64,000 bases of DNA from Alphaproteobacteria bacterium. GTDB lineage: Bacteria; Pseudomonadota; Alphaproteobacteria; RF32; CAG-239. The stretch lies in NCBI GenBank assembly GCA_017635595.1, contig JAGBLF010000026.1, forward strand, positions 3,008-67,007, in the 5' to 3' direction. The position numbers and the translations under genes were made by a program. Within the stretch, counting starts at the first letter, position 1. The number at the start of each line of letters is the position of its first letter. The notes beneath the pieces were generated by a model. The model searched no databases and was not told the origin of the DNA. It was given only the letters and a program-made list of their open reading frames with translations. This document shows positions 1 to 8,856 of the stretch, one piece after another.

Positions 1-506
1 CGAGTAACGGCTTCTTCCTCCGGTTTTTTGGTATCTTTCGGCTTAGGCTCCGGTTTTGGTTTAGGTTTACGCGCCGGAACAGGTGCCGGTTTTTTAGGCG
101 CCGGCTTCGGAACAGGCTTTTGCTCAGGTTCCGGTTTCTTTTCCGGTACCGGCGGTTCCAAGAAATCTTCTTTAACTTCTTCAGGTGTTGCTTCCGGTTC
201 AGGTTCCGATGTCGGCTCGGCGGCCGGTTCTTCTTTTGCCGGTTCAGGTTCAGGCTCCGGTGCGGTATCGTTTGTATATTGCTTATCTTCTTTATGTTCT
301 TCGACAGTTGCCTTACGATCTTCGTCGCCAAATTCGGCTTTAGTCGGCAAATTAGTCATTTCATCAATGCGTACTTGCGACAAATCTACAATTATCGGCG
401 TTTGTCCGAGTGTCATATCATCATGCCAGAAACCTGACAAGTCGATAAGCATCATCAAGCAAACGACCGCATGCAATAAAAGAGACTGTTTTAAGTACTT
501 ATTCAT
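1..506 (-). CDS. tolA: TolA-like protein, N-terminal part (runs off the left edge)
   Basis: Absent from the ORF track because it has no stop in the window. ATG at 506, 6 nt after the tolR stop, opens a minus-strand frame that stays open to base 1. Translation MNKYLKQSLLLHAVVCLMMLI... gives one hydrophobic helix followed by a Pro/Glu/Lys-rich spacer (PEPEPEPAKEEPAAEP...KPKPKPEPKPK). Position after tolQ-tolR fits. Confidence 0.6.
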   Translation of the reverse strand, partial: MNKYLKQSLLLHAVVCLMMLIDLSGFWHDDMTLGQTPIIVDLSQVRIDEMTNLPTKAEFGDEDRKATVEEHKEDKQYTNDTAPEPEPEPAKEEPAAEPTSEPEPEATPEEVKEDFLEPPVPEKKPEPEQKPVPKPAPKKPAPVPARKPKPKPEPKPKDTKKPEEEAVT

Positions 507-512
507 CGCCGC

Positions 513-974
513 CTATTTCTTTTTCTCAATATTTTTGGCATTTTGACTGCCGAAAGGTTTAGACTCCGTTTTCAGCCCGACCTTTTCGTAACCGGCTTCT
601 TTCAGCATAGCCATTAAGCCGATTACACGGCCGTAAGCGGCATCGGTATCGCCGGAAATAGTCACGGTTAAATCGTCGTTTTCGCCTTTAATAGCGGTTA
701 AACGCGGCAAAATTTCTTCATCGGTGACAACAGATTTACCGATATAGTATTGCCCCTCTTGGTCAACGCTGATATTAACCGACGTGCTTTCTCCGGTCAG
801 ATTTTTGCCGCCGACTTTCGGCAGATTAAGCTGAATACCCGATGTCATCAGCGGTGCGGCCACCATAAACACCACCAGCAAAACCATCATCACATCCATC
901 AAATTGGTGATGTTGACATCGGCTTTGCGGCGGGACTGACGGCGGCTGTATGTAGAAGTGCGCATAAAAGACAT
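513..974 (-). CDS. tolR: TolR/ExbD family biopolymer transport protein
   Basis: 153 aa with a basic N-terminus, a single TM segment (ITNLMDVMMVLLVVFMVAAPL) and a periplasmic domain. Lies 3 nt downstream of tolQ. Confidence 0.85.
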   Translation of the reverse strand: MSFMRTSTYSRRQSRRKADVNITNLMDVMMVLLVVFMVAAPLMTSGIQLNLPKVGGKNLTGESTSVNISVDQEGQYYIGKSVVTDEEILPRLTAIKGENDDLTVTISGDTDAAYGRVIGLMAMLKEAGYEKVGLKTESKPFGSQNAKNIEKKK

Positions 975-976
975 GA

Positions 977-1726
977 TTATTCTCCGGCCATATCCGCTTT
1001 CAAAGTTGTTTCATCAATTTCACGAGATAATATGGTTGAAAATTCGGCCATAAAGTTATCAAGCGTTTTAGCGTATTTTTCAATCGAGGTTGAAATGGCA
1101 TTGTATGCGACCACTGCCGGAATAGCGGCAATCAAACCGAATGCCGTGGTAAACAATGCTTCGGCAATACCCGGTGCCATTGAGGTCAGAGAATTGCTTT
1201 GGGTTATGGCAATAGCGTTAAAGCTGTTAATAATACCCCATACCGTACCAAACAAACCGATAAGCGGTGCAACCGAACCGGTCGTTGCCAAAAAGCCCAA
1301 GTGTGTATCCAAGTTATCCAACTCTTTATCGATAGACACTGACATTGCTTTTTCGATACGCTGTTGTAACGATACACCGCGGATACCGCGATCAGCTTTA
1401 CCTTTAATCAATGTGTTGCGTTTCCATTCGCGCATGGCGGCGCAAAAAATAGCCGACATCGGGTCACGCGGACGATTGCCGATAGCTTCATACAGCCGAT
1501 CGAGCGAACCGCCGGACCAAAACGCTTCTTCAAATTTTTTCGATTGTCTTCTGACCTGGCGCAGCGTAGCAAACTTTTCCAAAATGATTGCCCACGACCA
1601 CACCGAAGCAGCGATTAAACCTATCATAACAACTTTGGTAATGGTATCAGAAGACCAAACTAAATCCCATAAAGACATTTTTTCTGTTGCTGTCTGCGCA
1701 ACATCAGAAAGTGCACTTGTTTCCAT
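977..1726 (-). CDS. tolQ: TolQ (MotA/TolQ/ExbB proton channel)
   Basis: Three TM helices and the TolQ/ExbB-type C-terminal half (GSVAPLIGLFGTVWGIINSF...APGIAEALFTTAFGL). The ORF is open to 1798, but the METSAL start at 1726 has an AAGG upstream and removes an implausible leader. Confidence 0.9.
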   Translation of the reverse strand: METSALSDVAQTATEKMSLWDLVWSSDTITKVVMIGLIAASVWSWAIILEKFATLRQVRRQSKKFEEAFWSGGSLDRLYEAIGNRPRDPMSAIFCAAMREWKRNTLIKGKADRGIRGVSLQQRIEKAMSVSIDKELDNLDTHLGFLATTGSVAPLIGLFGTVWGIINSFNAIAITQSNSLTSMAPGIAEALFTTAFGLIAAIPAVVAYNAISTSIEKYAKTLDNFMAEFSTILSREIDETTLKADMAGE

Positions 1727-1822
1727 TTGTATAACCTTTATAAATTGCAATTTACATATTATTTTGGCGTAACATAACACAAATTGTTTAATATGCAATT
1801 AATTTATCAATAAAAATAAAAA

Positions 1823-2066
1823 GTCATTCTTGGGCGAGCGTTGTTTTTCTATTATGTCATTCTCGGGCGAGCGTTGTGTTTTTATTATGTCATTCTCGGG
1901 CGAGCGTTGTGTTTTTATTATGTCATTCTTGGGCGAGCGTTGTGTTTTTATTATGTCATTCTTGGGTGAGCGTTGTGTTTTTATTATGTCATTCTTGGGC
2001 GAGCGTTGTGTTTTTATTATGTCATTCTTGGGCGAGCGACAGCGAGAACCGAGAATCTCCAGACAC
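1823..2066. repeat. Tandem array of a 33-bp unit (6 full copies) ending in a complete REP-like hairpin element
   Basis: The unit gtcattcttgggcgagcgttgtgtttttattat starts at 1823, 1856, 1889, 1922, 1955 and 1988, with 0-3 substitutions per copy. A 7th copy at 2021 continues as the hairpin attcttgg...ccgagaat. Confidence 0.95.
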
Positions 2067-2090
2067 AGGCAACGTGCTAAAATGCTAGAG

Positions 2091-2224
2091 ATGCCCGATC
2101 AGGTCGGGCATGACGGTAAGGGACGGTCGGGCATGACAGTAAGGGGCGGTCGGGCATGACGGTAAGGGGCGGTCGGGCATGACGGTAAGGGGTGGTCGGG
2201 CATGACGGTAAGGAACGGTCATGA
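2091..2224. repeat. Hairpin plus tandem array of a 23-bp unit (5 copies and a partial)
   Basis: Hairpin atgcccga-tcag-gtcgggcat at 2091-2111. The unit gtcgggcatgacggtaaggggcg then starts at 2103, 2126, 2149, 2172 and 2195, with a truncated copy at 2218. Confidence 0.95.
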
Positions 2225-2239
2225 CATAAAAACATAATA

Positions 2240-2380
2240 GTCATTCTTGACCGGCGAAGCCGTGTCGAGAATCCCAGCATTATCTAGTGTCATTCTTGAG
2301 CCGCAGGCTCGAGAATCCCGGCTACTTTATAATGATTCGGCCGAGATCCTCGCCTTCGCTTCGCTCGGCAAGGATGACAG
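2240..2380. repeat. Three dispersed REP-like palindromic elements (two direct, one inverted)
   Basis: gtcattcttgaccggcgaagccgtgtcgagaatccc at 2240-2275. gtcattcttgagccgcaggctcgagaatccc at 2289-2319. An inverted relative (reverse complement gtcatccttgccgagcgaagcgaaggcgaggatctcgg) at 2334-2380. Each has arms attcttg.../...cgagaat able to pair. Confidence 0.85.
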
Positions 2381-2424
2381 TAAAAAATAAAAGTGCAAGG
2401 AGGACTGTGAAAAGTAAAAAACAA

Positions 2425-2476
2425 GGCAGTCTGATTTTAGAAAGAATGTTAAGTTCTTAATAAAAATCAGACTGCC
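2425..2476 (-). terminator. Rho-independent terminator candidate for the 2496-2717 gene
   Basis: 14-bp inverted repeat ggcagtctgatttt (2425-2438) / aaaatcagactgcc (2463-2476). On the minus strand it is followed by ttgtttttt. Confidence 0.5.
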
Positions 2477-2495
2477 TCGATAAGGTGTTTACTCT

Positions 2496-2717
2496 TTAAT
2501 CCCTGAAAAGTACCCAAAGAATAAAGAGTATAATTATTACATCAATAACTCCCCAAACCGAAAGGCCGAAGCCTAACAAACCGAGGAGCCAGCATAGTAT
2601 CTTAAATCCTAACCAAAGCAGAAGGCCTAGGCATAGGAAAGACACTATAGTTTTAATGCCGTTGCGGAAAAAGCAAACGAGCACCAAAGCAATCAACATT
2701 ATGATTGTTGTTCCCAT
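2496..2717 (-). CDS. Small hydrophobic membrane protein (hypothetical)
   Basis: 73 aa, almost entirely two or three hydrophobic helices. A terminator-like hairpin lies downstream. No family recognised. Confidence 0.4.
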   Translation of the reverse strand: MGTTIIMLIALVLVCFFRNGIKTIVSFLCLGLLLWLGFKILCWLLGLLGFGLSVWGVIDVIIILFILWVLFRD

Positions 2718-3040
2718 ATTATGTATTTTTTTTGTTTAACTTCCTTTTAATATTCTCCGTAACTTTTCTTTTTTACTGAAATAAAGGTTCTTAAGCTCTA
2801 CTCGTTCAAAAAAGAAAAGTATTTTAGAAGACATTATTAAAATAAGACGGTAAAACAAAATCAAAGAAAGAGACAAACAATCTTTCTTTAATGTAATAAA
2901 ACACCGAAAATAATTTAATAATGTCAACTAAAATACTTATGAGAAACTAACTTATTTTAATATAATTTTGTCATATTTGCAACAAAAAAAGGAGCTTATC
3001 GCCCCATTTTTTGTCAATTTTATATTTAAGCGATGCTTTA

Positions 3041-3739
3041 TCAGTGTCGATTAAACCAATGAACCGCATCAGCACACTTATCTTCGCTCATTCCTCTGAC
3101 ACGGCAGCGATTAACTTCGATAACCGGTGTTTTATCCATCGTAAAACAGCCGTCACCCAAAAGCAATGTATCAACGTGAGTTCTTACCCCGGGATTAACT
3201 TTGTTCATACTAATACCGGCGCTGATACCCGGCCAAATGATTTTGAAACCGAGACTACTGATACGCTCAACCATATCGTTAAAAACATATACACGGATAG
3301 AACATCTGACCATACCGTCCATACCTTTAATAACGTTGTAATTTTCGTACCAAACCAAAACTTTTCGGTCTGTATTGTCTTCAAATTCTATCTTACCGTC
3401 CTTCATTCTAAAGGTAAACACGCTACCAGCTCGGTTATCATATTTTTTTTCGCTGTATGACGGGCGTTCGTTGCCAATATTTTTTATGCTTTTTTGCAGT
3501 TGTTCATCTTTAAAATCGCCCTTATCTTTTTCAGGCGAAGGAACCGAACTTTCCGCTATTTTTGCGGCAGCTTTTTTGGCATCGACGGTCGCCTTGGTTG
3601 CTACAGGGTTTTTACCGTTTGTCTGGCTTAAACTCGTGTTGTTGCCGACAGACGAGCCTACCGAAAACGTCTGTGCAACGGCAGGCTGTTGCAGCAGGCA
3701 ACAGCATAAACAAATCAGAACGACAACACTTTTTTTCAT
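3041..3739 (-). CDS. Secreted hypothetical protein (paralog of 3749-4465)
   Basis: Sec signal peptide MKKSVVVLICLCCCLLQQPAVAQT. Shares with its neighbour a block ...RCS[IF]xVxVxNxM...W... and a Cys-containing C-terminal part. Confidence 0.7.
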   Translation of the reverse strand: MKKSVVVLICLCCCLLQQPAVAQTFSVGSSVGNNTSLSQTNGKNPVATKATVDAKKAAAKIAESSVPSPEKDKGDFKDEQLQKSIKNIGNERPSYSEKKYDNRAGSVFTFRMKDGKIEFEDNTDRKVLVWYENYNVIKGMDGMVRCSIRVYVFNDMVERISSLGFKIIWPGISAGISMNKVNPGVRTHVDTLLLGDGCFTMDKTPVIEVNRCRVRGMSEDKCADAVHWFNRH

Positions 3740-3748
3740 TTTTCAGCC

Positions 3749-4465
3749 TTATTTAATTTTATTCAAAATCTCATTAACGTTTTTAAGTTGGTTCATAATA
3801 GAATTTTGCTTTTCATTAACCTTAGCCAATTCGCTTTTCTTTTCTTCTTCGGCCTGTTTTTCTAAAACGCTTTCCGGAACATCTTTAAATTCGGAATAGT
3901 ATTCCGGATTTTTAGAATTGATATAGTTAAAGTTGCTCGTACAGCCACCTGCATTAACAATTTTACTATCCTTCATCTCAATCGATTCACCGTCACTGAT
4001 ACAAGACTTAACGTTGTATTCAACATTATCTAACAACGTAAAGCATTTATCGGTAGCTACTTCCGACGAAAAACTCTTTTGGCGATGTGGCATAATCGAT
4101 GATATTTTTACGTTTTTGGTAATTTCCGTTGTTGCTTCTTCGTCTTCGTCATCATTGACGATAATTTCACCTTTTTGAATATCATACTTTTTAGAAATAG
4201 TATCCTTCCAGGTAAGCTCCAAGACGGCTTCTTTAACTTCTTTTTCCATACGGTTGTAAACGGTTACCATAAAAGAGCATCTGTCGATAAAGCCGTCTTT
4301 GTTACGTATCGGCTCAATATTTTCAATACGGAAAAGAATCGCCCCCTCATCAGAAGTATCTTCTTTTTGGTTTTTCCGACTAGGCGCCGCATTTGCATTA
4401 ACAGCCGCACCCAAAACCATTGCAGCGGCCAAACTTAAAGAAACTACTTTGTTTAATAATGTCAT
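3749..4465 (-). CDS. Secreted hypothetical protein (paralog of 3041-3739)
   Basis: Signal peptide MTLLNKVVSLSLAAAMVLGAAVNANA. Core FIDRCSFMVTVYNRMEKEVKEAVLELTWKD resembles MVRCSIRVYVFNDMVERISSLGFKIIWPG in the neighbour. Coiled-coil-like C-terminal tail. Confidence 0.7.
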   Translation of the reverse strand: MTLLNKVVSLSLAAAMVLGAAVNANAAPSRKNQKEDTSDEGAILFRIENIEPIRNKDGFIDRCSFMVTVYNRMEKEVKEAVLELTWKDTISKKYDIQKGEIIVNDDEDEEATTEITKNVKISSIMPHRQKSFSSEVATDKCFTLLDNVEYNVKSCISDGESIEMKDSKIVNAGGCTSNFNYINSKNPEYYSEFKDVPESVLEKQAEEEKKSELAKVNEKQNSIMNQLKNVNEILNKIK

Positions 4466-4543
4466 TTTTCCACTCCGAAATTTAAATTTTTTTTCAGCAT
4501 ACGCAATTAGTGTTTAATTTTTCTTAATTTTTCAAAAAAACTT

Positions 4544-5311
4544 CTACTCCGCCAATTTTCTTTGTAACCGCATCATATCTGACCAAGCTTTAGCTTTTTG
4601 AGCCGGACTGCGCAGCAAAAACGCCGGATGGAAGCTGGCCAGTGCCGGTATAACAGTCCCGTTTGCCGTTGTGTAATCCATAAAATGCCCGCGCATGCCG
4701 GAAATACTTTCAGCATTTCCCAGTACGGCATTGGCGGCACTTCCGCCGAGCAAAAGTAAGACTCGCGGTTTCACCAGTTCGATTTGTCGTTGTAAGAACG
4801 GCAGACAAACAGCGACTTCACCGTCTGTCGGTGTACGATTTCCGGGTGGCCGCCACAGCAGAACATTGGTTATAAAACAATCTTCCCGATGTATGGCAAC
4901 CGACTGCAGCATTTTATCCAAAAGATGACCGCTACGGCCGACAAACGGCTCACCTACTCTATCTTCATCGGCACCCGGTGCTTCACCGATAATCATCACT
5001 TCGGCTTGCGGATTGCCGTGCCCGAACACGGTTGAATTTGCCGAAAACTTAAGCGAACATCCTTCAAAAGTTTCGACCATAGCTTTTAAGTCTTCCAACG
5101 TTTGTGCTTTATCGCATATTTCGCGGGCATTATTGCAGGCAGCCGTATTTTCTTGAGCCAAGAGTGTTGTGGCCGGTCTGCCGGAATTCGGAATTTCATG
5201 ACTTACCTGTTTATCATTCTTGGCAGATAGTAAATTCATCGGTTCTTCGCCGCATATTTCATCGACACCTGACAGCACGTACCAAGATAAAATTTTTTCC
5301 GGATTATCCAT
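4544..5311 (-). CDS. Family 4 uracil-DNA glycosylase with N-terminal extension
   Basis: Motifs [23 protein letters not shown] and HPAFLLR are typical of family-4 UDG. Start MDNPEK at 5311 is preceded by AAGGGG; the ORF is open to 5359. Confidence 0.85.
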   Translation of the reverse strand: MDNPEKILSWYVLSGVDEICGEEPMNLLSAKNDKQVSHEIPNSGRPATTLLAQENTAACNNAREICDKAQTLEDLKAMVETFEGCSLKFSANSTVFGHGNPQAEVMIIGEAPGADEDRVGEPFVGRSGHLLDKMLQSVAIHREDCFITNVLLWRPPGNRTPTDGEVAVCLPFLQRQIELVKPRVLLLLGGSAANAVLGNAESISGMRGHFMDYTTANGTVIPALASFHPAFLLRSPAQKAKAWSDMMRLQRKLAE

Positions 5312-5446
5312 TTGCACCCCTTTTTTGATAACTATATTATTAAATACTTTTTTTTGCAATATCGCTGTGCGTATTTACACATTTATAATTTCTATTTTAT
5401 AATATTGTTATATACTGATTTTTGGTTAGTTGGGATTTTGAAAGTT

Positions 5447-7318
5447 ATGAAAAATATTATATTAAAAGCTTTAAGCATAATTGTTGTTGCCGCAGCCGTC
5501 GTATATGCATGTATGCAAAGTTTGTATCCGAATCTGCATAAAGAAGAAAATCTTTCTTTGAACCCGCAGTTTGACAGCGCCGGTTATTGGAACACGCCTT
5601 CGTTTACGGTTAAAGAAAACAGTGACAGCACTTATTCCGTGTTTGGCAAAAATTCTGTTTACGGTGCATATTTGGCCGGTCGTATTGCGCATTTGCGCCA
5701 AGATTTTGACAATGCTGCCGAGTATTACAAAATCGTAGCCGAAAAAGATAAGGACAACGACAAAGTTAATCGTGCGACTTATGTTATACTGTCTTCTTTA
5801 GGTAAAATTGATGAAGCCGCTGTTTATGCCGCCAAGGAAATTGAAAGCGGACAAAGTGATACGTTGGCTCCGCTTGTTGTTGCCATTAAAGATTTTGCCG
5901 ACGGAGATTATGCAAAATCACGCCAAACCATAGGTACTTTAACGGATAAAATACATCAAATTCTGATTAACCCGCTTTTTGATGCCTGGACTTATGCCGG
6001 CGAAAAAAATGAAGAAGAGGCCTTAAAAAGCTTGGATAGAATCCATACCGAACCATCCGTTGTCGGCTTAAAATTAATGCATCAGGCCATGATATATGAT
6101 CTCTTGGGCAACACCGCTAAAGCCGAAGAAAAATTTGCCGAGCTTATTCAAAAACATCCACAAGAAGTAACTTACCGCAATTTGGAAATCATTGCCGATT
6201 TCTATGTCCGAAGCGGCAATAAAGATATGGCTCGCAAAATTTCAAGCCGATACAATGATAACAGTATGCTCGCGCTCTTGTTAAAAAATATCAATAACAA
6301 AATCGAAAATTCCGAACCGAATAAAGCCCCGATTATCGACACCCCGCAAAAAGGTTTGGCCGAGGCTTTATTCAATGTCGGCACAATGTTTCGCCTTTCT
6401 AACGGCGGCGCCGAATTTGCGCAAATATATATCGCCGCTTCGTCTTATTTGAACCCGTCTTACGATATTTCAAAAATTGCTCTGGCCAACGTTTTGGAAG
6501 AACTCGGATTAATTAAAGAAGCCAATAAATATTATGAGCAAATTCCGCAAGAATCCGGTTCGTATTTTATTGCGCAGATTAAGCGAATAGAAAACCTTAA
6601 TAATATCCAAGATTACGCCGAAGCCGAAAAAAGCTTGCGCCATTTACTGACCATATACCCGGACAACACCCAGTTGTTAAATGATTTGGGTGACATTATG
6701 GCTAATCAAAACAAACACGATGAGGCTATTAAAATTTATCTTAAAGCAATCGAAAACATTAAAGATGTTCAATATGATACCTGGCCGGTTTACTATGCTC
6801 TGGCCGTATCTTACCATCGTAGCAACCAAAAAGATTTGGCGGAAAGGTATATGCTTAAAGCTCTTGAGCTGAGTAATCGTAACGCCAACGTCTTAAACTA
6901 TTTAGGATACATGTGGCTGGATGAGGGCCGCAATATTGACCAGGCTGTCCAAATGATTCTCGACGCGTACACACAGTATCCGTATGAAGGGCATATTATA
7001 GACAGTTTGGGATGGACTTATTACCGTATCGGCAACTATACAAAGGCCATCGAATTTTTGGAACGGGCTGCCGATATGAACTCTGGTAATGCTGTCATTA
7101 ATGACCATTTAGGTGATGCTTATTGGTTTATAGGCCGCAGAAACGAGGCCGTTTTCCAGTGGAAACATGCGCTTGTGTTAAAAGAAGATGCCGAATCGCT
7201 CGATAAAAAAGCCGTTGAAGCTAAAATAGACGAAGGTTTACAGCAAAATAACATTTTGCAAGTAACCGATTCCGAGCTTTTGAAACAACTTGATAATTTA
7301 TCAATTGAAGAAAAATAA
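5447..7318 (+). CDS. TPR-repeat protein with N-terminal membrane anchor or signal
   Basis: Multiple TPR-like repeats (e.g. AEYYKIVAEKDKDN, ALELSNRNANVLNYLGYMWLDEG, AIEFLERAADMNSGNAVINDHLGDAYW). ATG at 5447 (MKNIILKALSIIVVAAAVVYA) is preferred over the track start at 5312, which overlaps the divergent UDG gene. Confidence 0.8.
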   Translation: MKNIILKALSIIVVAAAVVYACMQSLYPNLHKEENLSLNPQFDSAGYWNTPSFTVKENSDSTYSVFGKNSVYGAYLAGRIAHLRQDFDNAAEYYKIVAEKDKDNDKVNRATYVILSSLGKIDEAAVYAAKEIESGQSDTLAPLVVAIKDFADGDYAKSRQTIGTLTDKIHQILINPLFDAWTYAGEKNEEEALKSLDRIHTEPSVVGLKLMHQAMIYDLLGNTAKAEEKFAELIQKHPQEVTYRNLEIIADFYVRSGNKDMARKISSRYNDNSMLALLLKNINNKIENSEPNKAPIIDTPQKGLAEALFNVGTMFRLSNGGAEFAQIYIAASSYLNPSYDISKIALANVLEELGLIKEANKYYEQIPQESGSYFIAQIKRIENLNNIQDYAEAEKSLRHLLTIYPDNTQLLNDLGDIMANQNKHDEAIKIYLKAIENIKDVQYDTWPVYYALAVSYHRSNQKDLAERYMLKALELSNRNANVLNYLGYMWLDEGRNIDQAVQMILDAYTQYPYEGHIIDSLGWTYYRIGNYTKAIEFLERAADMNSGNAVINDHLGDAYWFIGRRNEAVFQWKHALVLKEDAESLDKKAVEAKIDEGLQQNNILQVTDSELLKQLDNLSIEEK

Positions 7319-7338
7319 TTTATTCGTTTAAAAAATTT

Positions 7339-7373
7339 CAGCCTCACCAAACAAATGGGGTGAGGCTGTTTTT
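7339..7373 (+). terminator. Rho-independent terminator after the TPR gene
   Basis: cagcctcacc (7339-7348) / ggtgaggctg (7359-7368), followed by ttttt. Confidence 0.7.
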
Positions 7374-7383
7374 ATTGATTATT

Positions 7384-7830
7384 TTAATGTTTGTAAGGGT
7401 GCGAAACCGTCCAACGGACAAAAATCGCTTTGCCTTTGCCGCGCATTTTGAGTTTTTCGGCGGCGGCATCGGCTGCTTCGGTCAAATCCACCGGCGGAGG
7501 TGTTGTCCAACTGCCGCCAATACGCTCGCATTTAAACTCGGCATCAACACCGGCCATGTTATGTTCATCGACATAAACTTTGCATACTTCATACGCTTTC
7601 ACACAGACGTCTTGCAAGCGTTTAGAATAATGTGCCTTCACAATAAGCATTCCCGGTGTTACGCGAAACATGGCTTGCTTTCCGTCTACAATTTCTTCTC
7701 GTTTAAAAACATGTAGTGCCTTGCACTTTTCGCCATTCGCTGAGGCAATAACTGTCGCAAAATCTCTTTCACCCTCTTCACAAAGTGCAATGTGCCCTTT
7801 GTTAGTCTTGACTGCTAAAAATGTAATCAT
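7384..7830 (-). CDS. Hypothetical protein, one copy of an unrecognised ~125-aa domain
   Basis: 148-aa ORF in a visibly more G+C-rich stretch. Homologous by eye to each half of the 7965-8786 product (QAMFRV...VCVKAYEV...YVD...GGSW...AAAEKL). Has its own promoter-like and terminator-like signals. Confidence 0.7.
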   Translation of the reverse strand: MITFLAVKTNKGHIALCEEGERDFATVIASANGEKCKALHVFKREEIVDGKQAMFRVTPGMLIVKAHYSKRLQDVCVKAYEVCKVYVDEHNMAGVDAEFKCERIGGSWTTPPPVDLTEAADAAAEKLKMRGKGKAIFVRWTVSHPYKH

Positions 7831-7869
7831 ATCTTGATAATTTTAATAATTATTCATTTGATTCTCTTT

Positions 7870-7898
7870 ACTATAAGTTATTTTGTGTATTTTGTCAA
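7870..7898 (-). promoter_or_regulatory. Sigma-70-like promoter for 7384-7830
   Basis: On the minus strand, TTGACA (7893-7898), a 17-nt spacer, then TATAGT (7870-7875), about 40 nt upstream of the ATG. Confidence 0.45.
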
Positions 7899-7929
7899 TG
7901 TTTTAGTCAAAAAAAATTTAAAATGCAAA

Positions 7930-7954
7930 GTCCGCCTGCCTTACGCAGACGGAC
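7930..7954 (-). terminator. Terminator candidate after 7965-8786
   Basis: gtccgcctgc (7930-7939) / gcagacggac (7945-7954) with one mismatch. On the minus strand it is followed by a T-rich tract. Confidence 0.5.
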
Positions 7955-7964
7955 CTTGCTTTGT

Positions 7965-8786
7965 TTACTTCATCTTTGAATAAAGCGTTTCGGTGTCGGT
8001 CATCTCTATTTTCTCAATTAAGAGTTCGACGACCGGCCGCAGGTTACGAGAAACCTCCTGCTGCCACTTGCCGTTGAGACAATGGTTAAGAAGTTCGACC
8101 TCTGCCTGGGGACCGCCTTTGTCAACGAAGGTACGAACCACATTGTAGATGGAAATCTCCTGACCCTCGTCCGTCTGGTGACCGCGCAAGATTTTGTACC
8201 TGCCGAAAACGGGGACAATTGCTTGTCGACCGGGCTTGCCTTTTTCTTTGTCAAAAACGAAGACTGAAGTTGCTTCGCCACCGCCGGGCGTACAGACAAT
8301 TGTCGATTCGTCGGCGCCGCAATTTTCGTACAGGGCAAAGAAGCCTTTCTTAGTGCGGGACAGCGGCAAAGTTGCCGGCATATTTGCCACAACGCGTTGG
8401 CTAAAACCACGCAACTTGGATAGCAGGACATCCACCATATAGGATAGTTCTTTTGGCAGCTGCTTGTTCCACATACCGTTTTGCAGCTTGCATATCTCCT
8501 CCACTTTCACCAGGTGAACACCATGGCTGTTGGTAAAAGGATAAACAACTCTGTATACGGAAACCGTCTCGCCTTCGCCACTGGTTCCAATCAAAACATA
8601 TTGATTTTTCTTTACGGGAACCAGTGCTTGCTTCGGAGCCGCAACAGGTTTGTTCAAGTGCATGGCATTGGCGGGGCTACCATCTGCTTTGCAGATAATA
8701 ACCGCTTCATCTTTGCTTTGCGTTTCCCACAGAGCATAGACATTTTTCTCTGTTTTAAACGCTTTTAAATACTGATTCATAGGCAT
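7965..8786 (-). CDS. Hypothetical protein, tandem duplication of the same unrecognised domain
   Basis: 273 aa. Residues ~14-125 and ~146-260 align to each other (FALYE/YALWE ... QA[LI]VPV ... [VI]S[VI]Y.VV ... NG.W ... L[LI].K[LI]). CTG/CCC-rich codon usage unlike neighbouring genes. Confidence 0.75.
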   Translation of the reverse strand: MPMNQYLKAFKTEKNVYALWETQSKDEAVIICKADGSPANAMHLNKPVAAPKQALVPVKKNQYVLIGTSGEGETVSVYRVVYPFTNSHGVHLVKVEEICKLQNGMWNKQLPKELSYMVDVLLSKLRGFSQRVVANMPATLPLSRTKKGFFALYENCGADESTIVCTPGGGEATSVFVFDKEKGKPGRQAIVPVFGRYKILRGHQTDEGQEISIYNVVRTFVDKGGPQAEVELLNHCLNGKWQQEVSRNLRPVVELLIEKIEMTDTETLYSKMK

Positions 8787-8856
8787 GAATTTTATTCTTG
8801 ATTGCCGAAGCGCTCAAGAGGGTTAATAATTATCTAAATAAATTCTTGTTGAAGGC

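Noticed and set aside
28-546. ORFs 28-546 (+) and 120-437 (+), Gly/Ser/Phe-rich products
   Set aside because: They are antisense shadows of the Pro/Glu/Lys-rich TolA-like frame on the minus strand. Their composition is low-complexity and they have no RBS.
1823-2224. Possible CRISPR array
   Set aside because: The repeat units abut directly with no unique spacers. Unit lengths of 33 and 23 bp include the would-be spacer. No cas genes are present in the window.
1830-2280. ORFs 1830-2159, 1876-2088 and 2077-2280, with reiterated peptides (MSFSGERCVFI...)
   Set aside because: They are translations of the 33-bp and 23-bp tandem repeats and hairpin elements, not genes.
2736-2927. 63-aa ORF upstream of the small membrane protein gene
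   Set aside because: The sequence is AT-rich and low-complexity, with no RBS. It is most likely promoter or leader DNA.
8018-8431. Arg-rich 137-aa ORF overlapping the 273-aa gene in another frame, plus the + strand ORFs at 8082-8768
   Set aside because: These are shadow ORFs of the kind expected in more G+C-rich DNA. They show no repeat structure or start signals, whereas the 273-aa frame has an internal duplication and a paralog.
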